Source: Laetmonice hystrix (taxonomy: Eukaryota). Taken from it: 64,000 nucleotides of DNA. Below the pieces are notes generated by a model that was not told the DNA's origin, did not search any database, and saw only the letters and a list, made by a program, of their open reading frames with translations. The position numbers and the translations under genes were made by a program. Shown piece by piece: positions 13,408 through 26,200 of the stretch (position 1 is the stretch's first letter; each line of letters begins with the position of its first letter). The stretch covers positions 12,028,001-12,092,000 of the forward strand of contig OZ249441.1 in assembly GCA_965235115.1 (NCBI GenBank). The letters are read 5' to 3'.

Positions 13408-14297
13408 TTATACTTTATCCCGAACACTTGAGATCTTGCCGAGCCTGGCTGCAGGAATGGGGGTTGGTTTGTCGGGGGTGACCTTGGGTGTGGTGTTTGG
13501 GGTCTCGCTGGGGGGTTTAAATGTACTCAGGCTACAGGTGGCGCCAGCGGTGCTGACTGGTAGGGACACTGTTCGTACGGGTACCTTGGGTTTGGGGGGT
13601 TTGTTTAACCCCCCTGACCCCGTGCTTGCTCGCTGGGATTTATTACGGGCTGGCGACACCTGACCTACGTCCTCCATACTCTCAGTACGTCGGCGCAATG
13701 GTGGCGCCACTGTGGCGGACACGTCAGTGACGTCAGACGCGTGGGTGTCGTCTGCTGACGTCAGAATGACGGTGGCCGAGTCGGCGCCGTCAGACACACA
13801 CCGCCGGCCCAGGTTAGGGCTGGTACACGTCCCTGTGGACGTTCTCTGGATCACCCTCAGCACATCCTGTGAGGGTAACACTCTGTCCGCCCCAGTCGTG
13901 TCACTCAGAGTTTGTGTGGGACCACTGAAGGTCAGTAACTGTTGTGTGGTGGTAGAGGGCGCTGTCGTCCCCGTGTCCTGGCCATCAGTGACGGCCATCA
14001 TGTCCTCGTCGTCGTTGTTTTCAAGGTCGTCGTCGTCGTCGTCGTGGGTAGCGGCGGCCTTCAGGGTGCCGTCATCGACACACTCGCTGCTAGTCTCAGG
14101 GTCGGAGACGGTGGCATTCTGCAGGTTTAGTTCGTCACTGCTGGAGCCCGAGTCAAGCCTCGTCTTCACTTCCTCCACAACACTGGTGGTTACCAGGAGT
14201 ACATCGTGTTGTGAATCACAGGAAGAAATACCCGACTGTGACTGGCTAGAGCCGATGGAAGTGGAGTCGGCCAGGAAAGTGGATTGATCCTGTCCTC
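13408..14297 (-). CDS. SASH1: Terminal coding exon (Ser/Thr/Asp/Pro-rich low-complexity tail) ending ...SSVRDKV*
   Basis: Acceptor gttgtatttgcag|GA is phase 1, matching the SAM exon donor. 296 codons are open to TAA at 13410-13408. A weak donor AAA|gtataa just before the stop cannot be excluded. No second SAM domain found downstream. Confidence 0.8.
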
Positions 14298-17200
14298 CTG
14301 CAAATACAACCCAAATCATAAGGTTACATGGACTTCTTCGTAAGTCGCCACGTCAGTTCGAATCTGCCACATACTGTCTCCAAGTGATTCCATGCTCATT
14401 TTTTGGTTGGAAGTTATAAATTTCAATAGCTGTGCAGGGACCGATTGCACAGACACCCATACAAGCGCCTTCCCTGATTATGACAATACATACTTTGCAT
14501 GCTGATCAAATACTATTGTATTGTACCGACGAGTGATGTGAATTTCATGAGTCGTCCGTTCTGTAGACTGACTGAGGTATTGTGAGAAATGATGACGGAG
14601 TTATTGATTGTCTGAGCTCAGTAATCCGTCAGTATCAGTACAATGGCTGCAGTCATCACGCCTTGTCTCAGCTAGAAATGAAGCCATCAATATTCTGGGG
14701 CTTCAAATCCCCTGGAATCTCCCCACCCGTGCCTCGCACACCTTTACATGAAAGCCATCAATGAATATTAAGAGGACATTGAAAAACCGTTTAATTTTCA
14801 CCATTGATTTCTGCCTGGTCTCTAAGTGAGACTGGCAGAGAGGTTTCTGGAACTTTGCAGCGGTCAGTCAGGACATCGGTGTCATAAAAAGGTCCACGCG
14901 ATCCCCTTCCGACATACCATGCAGAGATTATTTACATGACAAACTCTGCCAATGTTTTAAAGTTATTATATTCTTTTCGTTCTCACTATTATTGTTCCTC
15001 CTCAAATCTGTAGAAATTCTATCATCGAAGTGTTTTCGAGCTTTTTCGCAATTCATAAAACATAATCCTAACGATGAACAACATTTGCGTGTACCACAAT
15101 AATCAAGGCACATAAAACCTTGTCGTACCTTGGAGCAGGCATTGGCAGAAGTTGGGGCTAGGTGGGGTTGTGTTGACAATGACCATTGTGAGTCCACCCT
15201 AATGGCGGCGCCAAAGTCAGGTGAAACGCGGGCCAACGATGGCGGGAGTGGGGAGGGTAGGCCGGCGGAGGCCGGGGGTGGGGAGGGTTGGCCGGGTCAG
15301 GCCGGGGGTGGGGAGGGTTGGCCGGCGGAGGCCGGGGGTGGGCAGGGTTGGCCGGGTCAGGCCGGGGGAGGGCGGTGCAGCTGGCGGACTGACTGACTGA
15401 TGGTCCCCGGCACGTCACGGACCAGTCTCTCCTGGGACAGGGTTGAGGAGAGAGACAGGAGGCAGAGAACTGAGGGGAGAGACAGGAGGCAGAGAACTGA
15501 GGGAGAGACAGGAGGCAGAGAACTGAGGGGAGAGACAGGAGGCAGAGAACTGAGGGGAGAGACAGGAGGCAGAGAACTGAGGGGAGAGACAGGAGGCAGA
15601 GAACTGAGGGGAGAGACAGGAGGCAGAGAACTGAGGGGAGAGACAGGAGGCAGAGAACTGAGGGGAGAGACAGGAGGCAGAGAACTGAGGGGAGAGACAG
15701 GAGGCAGAGAACTGAGGGGAGAGACAGGAGGCAGAGAACTGAGGGGAGAGACAGGAGGCAGAGAACTGAGGGGAGAGACAGGAGGCAGAGAACTGAGGGG
15801 AGAGACAGGAGGCAGAGAACTGAGGGGAGAGACAGGAGGCAGAGAACTGAGGGAGAGACAGGAGGCAGAGAACTGAGGGGAGAGACAGGAGGCAGAGAAC
15901 TGAGGGGAGAGACAGGAGGCAGAGAACTGAGGGGAGAGACAGGAGGCAGAGAACTGAGGGGGAGAGACAGGAGGCAGAGAACTGAGGGGAGAGACAGGAG
16001 GCAGAGAACTGAGGGGAGAGACAGGAGGCAGAGAACTGAGGAGAGAGACAGGAGGCAGAGAACTGAGTAGGGGAGAGACAGGAGGCAGAGAACAAAGGAC
16101 CTAAGACAGGATTGAGTTCCTGGGTTAAAGAAAACATACCAAGGTATCAATCCTCTAGAAGTCAGCAAGGAGACTTCTATGAGACAATGTCGAGACGATA
16201 AAAATGAGAAGTTTCTGCAGTGATTCACGCTCACACAAGACAGTTGAAACCACGAGGAAGCAGCCCAGTGGGCGGAGGAAGCCTCTTACCTTCGTAGTCG
16301 AGCAGGAGTTGTGCGGCTGTGAGTATCTTGGCTCTGTCCTCAGGTCGGGTGACGAACAGATCGTCCAGGTCTTCCTCCTCGATCTCACTGAAGTGTTCCA
16401 GTGACAGGTAACCGCTCAATGTGAACACTTGGTGCAGGTGCTGTAACCAAACCACGTCTCATAGTATACACGGGGGAGGGACAGGTCTGCTGCTCATTCA
16501 TCCTTTCCTACGCTACTCAATGACAATCCAAATCAACCAAATGCATAACTACAAGGTGATACCGATGTTCTGAGAGATTCTGTTGTAAGATGTGCTGTAC
16601 TTTACGACGCAGTTTCTACGTCTGGCCACAAATTTAGAAAATTAACCCAATCTTTAATCAGTGTTAAATGACCCTTCCCTCTTGTGTAGCGACCAATTGA
16701 GAGACTTTTAATAGTCCCTCAACTGATCCAATTAATGCAATCTTAACATGGTTTCACACGTTAAGAAATCTCTCTCAAGAGGAAGGTGGCCGCCTTAACA
16801 AGCAGCACTAATTAATCACCTGCTCAACGGGAGAAAACTTTGGAGAACTTTTAAAAGCGATGTAATTCAGTGCAAATGAAGATCTCGTTTGGGTTATTTG
16901 TCTGGAAACCTGTGGTTGTAACAATGGCCGTTTATCACGTTTCATGTGGCTATGCCTTCCAGACAATACCGAATCATCCACACTGCCTGGCGAGCCACCA
17001 CTAGCGACCACTGCCCGCCTCCCGACACAGGTTAGAACCTATGTCTGCCCACACACGTGGCAACTACTGAGGACAACTACAGGCTAGAACAACGACAGAG
17101 GGTCTCCTCAAGGAGAGATTTGCTATACGACGACCTGCTGACGGACAACACTGTCCTCTGCTTGTATAGTTTCCTATAGTCACAGGTAGCAACCGCTACT

Positions 17201-20200
17201 ACACTGCACAAGTATCAATAACCTTCCCATCCTATATCACTCAGATAGTGTAGCGGCCCGTACGACCTTGACCCGTACCTGAAGCCCCAGCCTGGCCAGC
17301 AGTTCCTCCACCGTCTTGGGCCGAGGACGTTTCGTATTCTTACGTCCTGTCTTCTGTCGTCGTGGAGACAGCCCCATGTTATCGAGCGTCGAGCTACTCG
17401 TTTCGGATACAGTACTCGGACTCGACGGTAGATGGCGTGGACTGCCCGTACTCGGAGCTGGACTCTTACACGTACACACCTCCTTAATGATCGTTGATGT
17501 TCGTAGATTCGTTGTTTTCTTGTGTTAAAACGAAGACAATTCAGGTGACTAATACATCTAAATGTGCTTTTTCACTCAGACAGGAAGTAAATAAAAGCGT
17601 AAAGTACGGCGGTTACCTAAGGATACGGCCCGTATTTAGAACAACCTTATGGTGTGATGACTGCTATTGCTTCCACCGTAAAGCATGAAGGAAGATCAAA
17701 TATGTAGAACTGGGAGCACTCATAATTATTGCTATAAGCCAACTTTGTTCATCAAGATAATTCGTAAGGCCCGCAATGCATGAGAACTCAATGTTTCCCC
17801 AAACATGACGATGAGAGAGGGCCATGACGAGCGCTCCAAACGACCCTTTCCCTATACTACTGGTGCTGGTGTTTGACTTACCATTGACGGGTCCTCGTGG
17901 TCCTCGTAGTCTGACGATAGGCACTCCTCCCCAGCACTGTTCGTGTTCCCTCTCGGCATCTGAGGTAAACCCCACAGACAACACACACTGAGTACAATGT
18001 CTACATTGGTAATAGTTTACCAACATAAATATACCGGTACCTATCACTGTTAGAAATGAAAGACCCATTACAAGATCTTTAGTGAACAAACCAATATTTA
18101 GCACAGCCTGAGGAATCCAACATTTTTTCCCCGCGCCCTCAAAGAGATATTCTTGCCCCATCGATTGATGAGAGGCGGTTCACAAAGCAACAGACAGCTG
18201 CTCCAGGCCTTGCTATCTCCTTGAGAACAAGGTAAAGAATCTTGACTACTCACCAACAAACATTGACCATGATTTCTATTATCACATATCTTACAGTACA
18301 AAAGAAAACCGATAACTCTATGATAATATCACTGTGTCCTCCAGCTGTGGTAACATTGCAGGTCAGATCTCAGATACCATTGACAGGAATGATAATGGGA
18401 TGATTTCTATATTAACCCACTCATGTTCTCAGGTCAGATACCATCGACATGAATGATAATCTACATTAACCCACTCATGTTCTCAGGTCAGATCTCAGAC
18501 ACCATCAACATGAATGATAATCTACATTAACCCACTCATGTTCTCAGGTCAGATCTCAGATACCATCGACATGAATGATAATGGGATGATTTCTATATTA
18601 ACCCACTCATGTTCTTAGGTCAGATACCATCGACATGAATGATAATCTACATGAACCCACTCACGTTCGCCTTCATGACCTTGATGACGGCCCTGTTTCC
18701 GTTCCGTCCCTCTGTAATGGGAGAGACATCGGAACCGACCGACATGGTTGACGAGCTGCCGTACTTGCTATCCTTGAAGTCCTCTGACGTCGTGCTGTCC
18801 AGCGTGCCCGTGGGACTTGTGTCCTCGATACCGATGTCCGGACTGTCCCGAGCAGAGTCCTTGGATGACAACTCGGTCCGGAGCAGCGAGTCGTCGTTTT
18901 TAGTACAAACCATGCACGTCTCTATCTTAGCTGTGCTAACACTAGTATCACAATCAGCCTTCAAACGGGTCGAGCGGTCCTTGGTGGGAAGTGTTCCCTT
19001 TAATATTTGTACATGATGGTTGTACCCACCCCCACCCAGGTGGCGACGATTTTCGTCGTTTTGAACCTGTTCGTTGGTCCGGCGTGGTGGCGACCCATGA
19101 ATGACACACGTACGAGACTCGCCATTTTGAACAGGAGCGCCACTAGATGGCGCGACCCGTTGCTGTAGGTGACCTTTTGAATGATCGTTATTTGATTTAT
19201 TTCTATCGTTCAGAACGTCTTTACTTTGGTCGTCTTCAGAGGAGTCGGTTGCATGAACAGTTGCCACCGTGACTGTTTCTGTGACTAACTCACCGACAGC
19301 AGTCATACCGGGTCTTCCCTTGATGTGCTCCCGTAGAGACTCACCCGACCCGAAGGCTGACGACCCACTGTGTAACCTATGGCCCCTAGCTGAAGTACGC
19401 TCAGGTTCGCTAGCACCAAATGACCCTGAGGTCCTCAAACTAACACCGGGCACGCGGACCGGGGCCTTGGAGTCCAAGGAACCCTTGCGTCGTATAAAGG
19501 GTGAACTGAACAACCCCCGCCGCTGCTCCCGCTGGGGCTGGCCTTGGTCGCCAGATTTACTGGAGTCATTTTTTATATATCGCCTTAGCAACATGGGAGA
19601 GATCCATTGACTTGGGGAGTAGGTCGCTACATGCGAGGGGTCTGAAATGTCGGTTCGTTTCGGTTTCGACCTCAGGTCTACTTTGAATCCGGGAAATGCT
19701 GGGAAGTTCTCCTCGTCTGGAGAGATTTCAACAGGAGGTTCACAGTAGTCAGATATGGAATGTAGGTGTCGTCGGCCCTTCTGTGGTGATTCTGGAACAC
19801 ATAAAAAACATCACACTTAATGATCTCCCCTCTTGACAGGAACGTCTACATGTATGTCCACTATTTCGGGAGGAAACTATACAAAACACGATTATCTGAT
19901 TATTTCCGAGGTGTCTATGGACGAGAAGTGGTATGACTGCCCATAGTCCAAGCAAGGTTGTATCTCAGGGCAAGGGTGATTTCTATCTGAAGGAATATTT
20001 TATTTCTCTATCCGTGCATGGATTCTGAAATATGAGGGTATAGGTGAAAGAAGTCTATGGTAACAGAATCTTGGCATCAGCCCACTATATATTCAATATG
20101 ATCTTGAAACTGTCCCGATATGAAAACCTGCATCTGCACAATGAGGACAATCAGCGAGGGAAATACAGTGGCGCCCCCTGTGAGATGCATTGAGGGGTTG

Positions 20201-23200
20201 TCAAGTTTTACCATGGGCCAGTGTGGGTTTGGGGCCATGGCCCTGTCTCCAGTCCATGCAGTCTATACAAACAGCCAGCTGACGAGCAGATAAAAAGGTT
20301 ATTGACTGCTTGGCCTTGCCTTCCAAATACCGACCGAAGCTGCAGCTTGCCCTCTTTCTCCCTTTCAGTGTTCGCTCAAAGAAGCTGTGTGATACTATCA
20401 CCATTTATTAATCAGAATGTCATATCTCGCATGAAGCAAGCTGGCTGCAGCCACCAGTTTTTTCTCCTTGGTAAGCATGGCGCATTATGGAAGGCACCTT
20501 TGTGAGGGAGTCCTGTGAGCGGGCCGAGGGGACTGGTAATATTCCTGACCGAGAATAGTATGAAATACCTTTTATCAAAGTGGCCTTGACAGGGAGTGGA
20601 TGAGAAGTGGATTGATCCATCATGGGGCTCGCCACAAGCAGTTAGGGCCACTCTTACAGGATGGAGAAAGGCCAAGTGAGGCATGCTTGAGCAGCACAGC
20701 TCCAAATGTCCAATGCAAACCCTAGTCCACACCCTCCCCCCAGCTCTAACCCAGCCAACAACAACTGTTCGTTCCTATTTCCAACTGCAACTGCTGATGG
20801 CAAGGGAGAGTATTTTATTATTGCTTGTCCAAGTGAGCACTGGCTGCTCCACTTAAAACGGAAGCTTCTTCCAGACTCAAATGATACCCATTTTCTTTAT
20901 CTGTTTTGGGGCAAACTTCATATGAAATGATACCCATTTTCTTCATCTGTTTTGGGGCAAACTTCATCTGACTCAAATGATACCCATTTTCTTTATCTGT
21001 TTTGGGGCAAACTTCATCTGACTCAAATGATACCCATTTTTTTTATCTGTTTTGGGGCAAACTTCATCTGACTCAAATGAACCCCATTTTCTTTATCTGT
21101 TTTGGGGCAAACTTCATCTGACTCAAATGATATCCATTTTCTGCCAAACTTCATCTAGACTCAAATGATATCCATTTTCTGCCAAACTTTATCTAGATTC
21201 AAATGATACCCATTTTCTGCCAAACTTTATCTAGATTCAAATGATACCCATTTTCTGCCATGCTAATTTCAGTAACGATAATATATGCTGAAAGGGATAT
21301 CTACAAAGAAAATACCGCTACGACGTTGATAACGATGGATCTTTAGAGGCTTTTCTCTGAGAAAGTTTTTGGAAAAAAAGGAACATGGGGATATCTGGCC
21401 GAGATACTGTGTGATGACGGTAAGAACAAAGGCATGATATCTGTTTGATCACTCAAGTGTTTCATTGGCTGTCTGATATAAACTTAACCCGGATGGCACG
21501 TGTCTAATTGCTCTAAGATGGCACTGCTTCTGTGCAACTTTTGTTGTTGCTGCCGCTGCTGCTGCGGCTATCTCCAGCGCTGTCGCCACCATACCATCGC
21601 GAAACGGTAAAAAAGAACTTCCAACCAGAGATGTATCTGTGATGTTTGTTTCCACTAGACCGTTTTCCTTTTGATGATGTTTTACTGGTCGTTTATAGCC
21701 TGCAGTGGTATCATATAGTGGTTGAAACTGTCATGAATTATTCCAGGACCACGGGAAATGACTGGCACACAATCGAGGTTACCCTATTCACTGACACACC
21801 CACACTGGTATATAATAATTCATGTTCATGATGGTCATGGCCCCTTGCATTCCTCACGACCACACAGAGCTGGACGACGTCTTCGTTACCTAAAAAATCA
21901 ACAATTCTCTCTCTCAGCCTCCAGGTATGCATCTGAACTCGGTGACACGAACACATCAATGTTTACACTCTGGATTCTCGATTCTCATACAAACAGATAT
22001 CTGATAAACTCATCGATTCTCATACAAACAGATATCTGATAAACTCATCGATTCTCATACAAACAGATATTTGATAAACTCATCGATTCTCATACAAACA
22101 GATATCTGATAAACTCATCGATCCTCATGTATACAAACAGATACCTGATAAACTCAAACAAAAGTTGTGATGGCTGGTGAAATTACCCGCCATACGGATG
22201 GTAACCCTCTGTCGAGACAAACACGAGCTGTCCAAGAAACACGCGTGCTGTTCCAGAAAACATCTCCAACAACAAAATTGCTTTCATATCGGCCTGCCAC
22301 TTCTGTGATCCAGCGCACCTTTTTGTGTTTCTCCTCAAGCCTTGCCTGGCTCTCTCCCAGCCAAGTATTTGCCGAGCTTGCCGCTAAAATCATCGCCAAC
22401 CTGGCTAAAGGAGTGTAGATTTCACAAGAAACTGTGTAATCTCTGAGGTAGGGCGTAATTTGCGCCAGACAAGTGCTTGCGTAGTTGGTGCTGAGGGGTA
22501 TGACTAATGCAATCGCTGGTGATGATGGGGTTAGTAGCAAATTGAAAGCTACAAGCTGCAGCTTCCACGCGCCAGACGCTGCAACTAATGACAACGTTTG
22601 ACGAGGTTGCCAAGGACCATTCACTTCCATTTCATCACTCATAACCAATCAGCAACCTTCTCACTTGTGGAGCTCAAAGACGTCAGCATGTGGCAGTGGT
22701 GGCTGCACCGCGTGCCACAGACATGGACGGTCTGAAATCATGGACACATAACCCCAGCATGTGGCAGTGGTGGCTGCACCGCGTGCCACAGACATGGACG
22801 GTCTGAAATCATGGACACATAACCCCAGCAGGAAGGCAAGGGAAAAAACAAAAAACCATGTACGAATGACCGGTGAATGACAACTGCCTAAATAATCTGA
22901 GCTCAAGACGTTCAGATATACCCTGCATTGTTCTGACCAACTTCACCTACTCCCCTGTGCCGGAATGTTGGACACGTACATGTATAATATGGCCACACTG
23001 TGGCAGGGGTGAATTCAGGTAGATTATAATATAAATCAAGCTATTTCTGCTGCCGGGAGTTTTCTTGTGGCCAGAATAGCGAGGCTTTGATATGTCCCAT
23101 AAAGTAAGTACTGGTGACACCCGGAATGCGCGTACTGAGGTGGTAAATATCCAATCTTTCATTGGCTAAGGGATAATCGGACTGCTGGCAGGGAGCCTGG

Positions 23201-26200
23201 GCATGAATAGCAGCGGGGCAATAACGGCCTGCTTCGTGCCTGTCTCGCTGGCTCATGTCGCCTATACGGCACACCCTCCGCCCAATAAGGCGCCACTCAA
23301 TTCTGGTGGGCAAACAAATCGCAGCTTGCCGCACAGCTCAGCGAACTGAAAGAGAAAGCCAGGCAATTCCACGTCAAGGAATGCGGGTGATAATAGGCAT
23401 TGATGTATTATCGGCTGGCTACATCGACCGATGAAAACCTGCCCGTGTACAAGGCGATAACTTTGATGGGAGAATAGCAGCAGCGGCACTGTTGTAGTGG
23501 CATGTTATCGATAAGCTCTCGCCACATGATTTGGTATTAAGTGCAAAGCTGTGGGTGTCGGGAGGACGGGGGGAGGGGACAGGGGGGGCAGGGGAACTCA
23601 GGGACTGGTGTGTGCGCCCATCATTACTCAACTGACAGCTCCTTTTGGACGGTGCCAAGGAAGAGGGTGCCAGAGAAGTGAAACTCCTGCAGCTTGTTTA
23701 TTGTTAAATGGCAGTCATTATCATCACATTTACTTGAGCGGCAGTCTGTACGCGGCAGAAGATTGGCCTGTCACTCCGTGCCTGCTAAATAGAGCACGCT
23801 GCGGGCTGAGAACAATAAAGCCAATGTCTGCGTCATTGTGTCCCTGTGCAGACAAAGACAGTCTCGGAGCGAAATGTTTTAAAAGAACTTCAAGACCGCC
23901 AGCAAAGAGGACAGAAGATGTTCGTTGCGGGAACAACACAAGACTCCCAGACCAACATCAAAGTTAGACAAGAAAGAAAATTATGGCATGTTTGATACAA
24001 GGGCCGTGCGCTTTCTGAGCCCCATAATGAAAACCCTACCAGAATAACCCCGGTGACCCAGGCCTTTAAACTTGTCAGTTTCATCTCTGACGACATCTCT
24101 TTGTACAGACCACAACCAAAGATTTAGACCCAGGTTTATGTAAACACTGTTGCTCAGATCTTTCATTTATGGCAAGCAGTTTATTTATAACGAAATGAAA
24201 GCTTGGAAAGAGTGTAAACCTCAGACAAAGTGGCGGGTATTCACAATGTCCCGCTGCAATTCAACCTTGAAGAATCATCTCATGTATTACTGGGCAAGAA
24301 AACTCTAAGAAAACGTTACTGATACGAACCTTCAGGGCCCCAGTTAACCTCATCGCCGTCTAAACAAACGTCAAGAATAACCACTGGTATAAATATTTCA
24401 TTCCTTGCAAACACAGTCCTGTTCACTGTCTTTCCACCTTGAATTCCCGCTAAGATTTAATAGCGACCACTTTCAAACCAAATGTACACATATATCACAT
24501 CATTCAATTCGCCCATTCCATTCAAAGAAGAAACGTTGTCCTACCTGCAGACGAGAGAGACTTCTGTTTGGTGAGTGTACCCTTCTTCTTCTTCAGGGTC
24601 GGAAGCTTAGGAGGAAGGAAGAAGGAAACCTTTTTAAGCTGAGTACGATCATGTCGGTCAGTTTGGTGGTTTCGTCTCAGTGCGGGGGTCAGACGTCTGG
24701 GTAACATCTACATGCAGCATGCCGACAGAACAACAACTAGACATCAAACCAGCTCAGTGGACAAACAATAATGACGACAGGCAAATATAAACAAATAAAA
24801 CGACTACAGCGTGAGGGAAAGTAGATATTCTATCTATTGAGGTCCAGCATGAAATGAGTTTTCTCTCATTAAAAACCATCCAGACAGTTTCAAAACGAGC
24901 GCGTTCGGTGAACCGAATATATACTACAGTATTTCTTGTTATTTATCACTTCAGCAAGGCAGAAATCTCTTGTCCTACGAAAGGTACCGTCCCCTTATCC
25001 TTGCATGCATATATACATGTCGCTTTCTCCAGAACTGTTTAGGTACCAATGTTGAGTTTGTGAAGAATTTAAAACAGGCTCTAAAAGGAAAAAAACACCT
25101 GCCAGGTAGTAAAAGATAAACGTTTCTTTCTTTTCAAAATCAGTACCCAATAAAGAAGCGTTGTTTTTCTTTAATTTTCGAAACAAGTCACGCAGCATGA
25201 CGTACACTTGGATAAACAACAAATCAATAATGGAAATATGAGAAACTTTAGGTGGACTAAATAAACTCATGAATGTTTATCATCCATTCGAAACCTTTAA
25301 TAGAGTTCATTTTGCCGCCCAAAGAAAACGCCGCTTGGTAGAGGGGAACTTCTGAGACACTTGCTTGCAGGAGTTGACTGCAAAATGATTATTTTTTTTC
25401 CAATTTCAACTTTTCTCTTTAGCTTGCTGCATTTATTGCAAGTAGCTGGGGAGAAGAAATCAATTACAGGTTTTTGGCGTCGGTCAGAGCTTCTGTAGAC
25501 CAGTGCTGCTTCCATCGATAACAGCTTGTGGGAATTGAGCCGTTGCTGTTTTTAATCTTATTGGCGGGAACTGTTATCATTGGTTGGTGCTTGGCAGACG
25601 GTTTTTGTCAATAATGAGATGGGTATGTATTGACAAGTGTGGACGATATGGGTGCTAGAAGTGGAGCGGGACGAAGGTAGAGCGACTCGAGGGGCGGGGG
25701 AGGGTGGACAGAGGAACATCGATAGTGACATCAATACGGACAGAGAGAGCAAATGGAGCTATCTACAACATTCAGGTGCTAGAGGAGGAGGCAGCGGCGG
25801 CACAGGAACAACATCCTGGGTACAGTACGCCACAGAACCGCTCCGGGTGATACACTTAGATATCATGCCACGTTATGGTACCACATCACAGGTATCATTC
25901 AAGTGGCACAGATTTTATAAGGTTTGTTGGAAATCTGGTCCGAACATCATAACATTCACTTTGGGCCCCACGGGGCCCAATTATATCTCCATACCTGAAT
26001 ATCATTGAATTGCACAGAGGATCACACAGCAATGCCTAACGTCCCGGGGGTCTATAGCTACCTTAGTGTGTGAGCTCCCCATCACCATCGATTCAGGCCA
26101 GGCCCATTCTAGTACCTGCCTCAGAGAAACTAGGCATTCTGAGGCTAAATTAAGCTGCCTAGATCATCCCTAATCGCGGCCAGACCTGCTCATACAACAA

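Noticed and set aside
13110-13427. 105-aa ORF as a second SAM domain or further exon
   Set aside because: No SAM pattern and no good acceptor; treated as 3' UTR
13436-14287. Plus-strand ORFs (and 18639-19610)
   Set aside because: Antisense shadows of the real minus-strand exons
15158-16234. 358/240/158 aa ORFs
   Set aside because: Derived from the 27-bp array
22154-22648. 164-aa intronic ORF on the gene strand (similarly 57838-58637)
   Set aside because: Length is within chance expectation for six frames of 64 kb; no splice sites or homology
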